From Alphaproteobacteria bacterium (GTDB taxonomy: Bacteria; Pseudomonadota; Alphaproteobacteria; MPNO01; UBA830): a stretch of 64,000 bases of DNA. Shown in pieces: positions 61,616 to 64,000 of this stretch; the first letter of the stretch is position 1; each line of letters starts with the position of its first letter. The translations under genes were made by a program, and so were the position numbers. The stretch lies in assembly GCA_965243135.1 (NCBI GenBank), contig OZ251539.1, positions 3,936,001 to 4,000,000 of the forward strand, read 5' to 3'. The notes under the pieces are model-generated. The model made no database searches. It was not told the DNA's origin and worked only from the letters and a program-made list of their open reading frames with translations.

Positions 61616-63502
61616 CTATTGACAGCTCAGGCATTCCTCGTAATCGCCGAGAACCATCGGCGAGTCCGCAGGCGGATCCGCGGGCGGGACCTCGGACGCC
61701 TCGTCCGGGGTCGCGGCAATGGCGGTCGCGCCCGTGACGGACGCCGATTCATGGCTTTCCGCCCGCGCGATCGAGAGCGACCGGCAGTAATAGAGCGACT
61801 TGACGCCCTTTTCCCAGGCGCGCCAGTGGACCTCGTGCAGCGTCTTCTTGTGCACGTCGGGCGGCAGGAACAGGTTCAGCGATTGCGACTGGCAGACATA
61901 CCTCGCACGGTCCCCGGCGTGGTCGACCAGCCATCGCTGGTCGATCTCGAAGGCGGTCTTGAACACGTCCTTCTCGTCGGAGGAAAGAAAATCCAGATGC
62001 TGGACAGATCCGTTGTTGACCGTGATCGACGACCAGACGTCGTCGTCGTTCCGGCCCTTTTCGGCGAGCAGCTTCCCGAGAAGCTTGTTGCGCACGGTGA
62101 ACGAGCCGGACAGCGTGTTCTGCTTGTACACGTTGGCCGCGTTCGGTTCGATGCCGGGCGACGAGCCGCCGCAGATGATGGAGATCGACGCGGTGGGCGC
62201 GATCGCAAGCTTGTTGGAAAAGCGCTCCTTCATCCCGTACTCGGCGGCATCCAGGCAGGCGCCGCGCTCTTCGGCGAGCGTTCGGGAAGCGCGGTCCGCC
62301 CGTTCCCTGATGTGACGGAACATCTTCCGGTTCCACACCTTGGCCATCACCGATTCCAAAGGAACGAACTGACTCTGCAGAAACGAATGGAACCCCATCA
62401 CTCCGAGCCCGACCGACCGTTCCCGCCGGGCGGAATACGTCGCCCGCGCCATGGTTGCGGGCGCGCGTTCGATGAAGTCGTCGAGAACGTTGTCGAGAAA
62501 GCGCATCACGTCCTCGACGAAGCGGGGATGATCCTGCCACTCGAGAAAGTACTCGAGGTTGAGCGACGACAGGCAGCAGACCGCCGTGCGCTCCTGGCCG
62601 TCCTTGTCGATGCCGGTCGGCAGCGTGATCTCGCTGCAAAGGTTGGACATCTTCACGTCCAACCCGCCGAGCTTGTGATGTTCGGGCCTCGCACGGTTCA
62701 CGTGATCGATGTAGATGAAGTACGGCTCGCCGGTCTCTATGCGGGCCGACAGCATCCGCGCCCACAGGCCGCGCGCGGCGATCTTGCGGATGACCGAGCC
62801 GTCCTTCGGGCTGCGGAGCGCCCATTCCTCGCCGTTCGCCACGGAGCGCATGAAATCGTCGGTGATGACGACGCCGTGGTGCAGGTTGAGCGCCTTGCGG
62901 TTGGGGTCGCCGCCCGTGGTGCGGCGGAGCTCGATGAATTCCTCGATCTCGGGATGGTCGACCCGGACGTAGATGGCGGCCGAGCCGCGCCGCAGCGACC
63001 CCTGCGAGATGGCGAGCGTCAGCGAGTCCATCACCCGGATGAAGGGGATGATTCCGGAGGTCTTGCCGTTCACGCCGACGCGCTCGCCGATCGAACGAAG
63101 GTTCCCCCAGTAGGATCCTATGCCGCCTCCGAGCGCGGCCAGCCAGACGTTTTCGTTCCAGAGATCGACGATGCCGTCGAGGCTGTCGGAAGCCTCGTTG
63201 AGGAAACACGAGATCGGCAGGCCGCGGTCGGTGCCGCCGTTCGACAGCACCGGCGTCGAAGGCATGAACCAAAGCTTCGACATGTAGTCGTACAGTCTCT
63301 GCGCGTGTTCGGAATCGTCCGCGAAGTGGCATGCGACGCGGGCGAACAGGTCCTGAAACTCCTCGCCGGCCAGCAGGTAGCGATCGGCCAGCGTCGCTTT
63401 GCCGAATTCGGTGAGGTTCCTGTCGCGACCGCGATCGATGCGTATCGCGGTTCCCTCCTTCCACTGGAAGAGATCGTGTTCCGTCTGCACCAAATCAAGC
63501 AT
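61616..63502 (-). CDS. nrdA: Class I ribonucleotide reductase alpha subunit (no ATP cone)
   Basis: PISCF, SNLCSEI, VCCLSS, APTAS, KSLYY, C-terminal CLSC. Confidence 0.95.
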   Translation of the reverse strand: MLDLVQTEHDLFQWKEGTAIRIDRGRDRNLTEFGKATLADRYLLAGEEFQDLFARVACHFADDSEHAQRLYDYMSKLWFMPSTPVLSNGGTDRGLPISCFLNEASDSLDGIVDLWNENVWLAALGGGIGSYWGNLRSIGERVGVNGKTSGIIPFIRVMDSLTLAISQGSLRRGSAAIYVRVDHPEIEEFIELRRTTGGDPNRKALNLHHGVVITDDFMRSVANGEEWALRSPKDGSVIRKIAARGLWARMLSARIETGEPYFIYIDHVNRARPEHHKLGGLDVKMSNLCSEITLPTGIDKDGQERTAVCCLSSLNLEYFLEWQDHPRFVEDVMRFLDNVLDDFIERAPATMARATYSARRERSVGLGVMGFHSFLQSQFVPLESVMAKVWNRKMFRHIRERADRASRTLAEERGACLDAAEYGMKERFSNKLAIAPTASISIICGGSSPGIEPNAANVYKQNTLSGSFTVRNKLLGKLLAEKGRNDDDVWSSITVNNGSVQHLDFLSSDEKDVFKTAFEIDQRWLVDHAGDRARYVCQSQSLNLFLPPDVHKKTLHEVHWRAWEKGVKSLYYCRSLSIARAESHESASVTGATAIAATPDEASEVPPADPPADSPMVLGDYEECLSCQ

Positions 63503-63624
63503 AGTCACCCTCCCGGTAGCGGGCTCGCCCGCATTTCGCCGGTCTCCCGGCCGACCGCCGGAAACCAGCCCGCCCCGCCAGCGAGGCCGCCTCTCGCGCC
63601 TCATGAAGCGCTGTAGGAATACTG

Positions 63625-63671
63625 CAACCAGATGTTGGGTTCGTCAATAGGCATTGCACTAGATAGGGACG
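63625..63671. promoter_or_regulatory. Tandem NrdR boxes upstream of nrdA
   Basis: CAACCAGATGTTGGGT (63625) and GCACTAGATAGGGACG (63656), 31 bp apart, resembling acaCwAtATaTwGtgt. Confidence 0.6.
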
Positions 63672-63771
63672 GCTCTATCCATCACGCAAATTTCTTGGAA
63701 AACTGCCGTTTGGCGTAGGTTCGGCGAGTCCGCCGCGAATTTACCTCGCCGGAAATCGCTAACCGATTCGC

Positions 63772-64000
63772 CTATTCCGGGCGCTCTCGAAGAAAGCGTT
63801 CGAACGCCCCGAGAGTTTCTTCCGAGACGTGGTGCTCGATGCCTTCGGCGTCGGCGCGCGCGGCCGGCTCGCTGACGCCGATCGCCTCCAGAAACGCGAC
63901 GACGAGTTGATGCCGCCGCCGCGACGCCTCGGCGATGCGCCGCCCCTCTTCGGAAAGGAAGATGGCCCGGTAAGGCTCCGTTTCGATCCAGCCGGCCTCC
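63772..64000 (-). CDS. mntR: Manganese-binding regulator MntR, C-terminal part (5' end outside window)
   Basis: EPYRAIFLSEEG..RRRHQLVVAFL..DAEGIEHHVSEETL then stop. Confidence 0.85.
   Translation of the reverse strand, partial: EAGWIETEPYRAIFLSEEGRRIAEASRRRHQLVVAFLEAIGVSEPAARADAEGIEHHVSEETLGAFERFLRERPE

Overview
High-GC alphaproteobacterial chromosomal window (GcrA, alpha-type NrdAB). About 1-9.6 kb is an accessory defence/TA island: PLD-SNF2 helicase, DUF4268, an AbiEi/AbiEii pair split by an IS66-family element carrying a DUF4338/DruA-like passenger, and a PD-(D/E)XK nuclease. About 10-29 kb is metabolic: hmgA-fahA-ThDP decarboxylase-Mo hydroxylase operon, selA-selB-tRNA-Sec, two selenoprotein genes split by in-frame UGA in the ORF track (a Prx-like UxxC protein with a signal peptide, and an AhpD-like CxxU protein), and an ALDH lacking its catalytic residues. 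About 29.8-38.7 kb is a five-copy tandem array of AAA-ATPase/PD-(D/E)XK nuclease genes with mosaic variable segments, per-copy leaderless promoters and an inserted 308-bp MITE, followed by a HEPN/MNT-like pair. About 40-64 kb is mostly housekeeping/catabolic (SWIM-SNF2, gcrA, cysQ, tsaC, speDE, chaC, nrdAB, mntR). Family calls come from motif recognition only; no searches were run.
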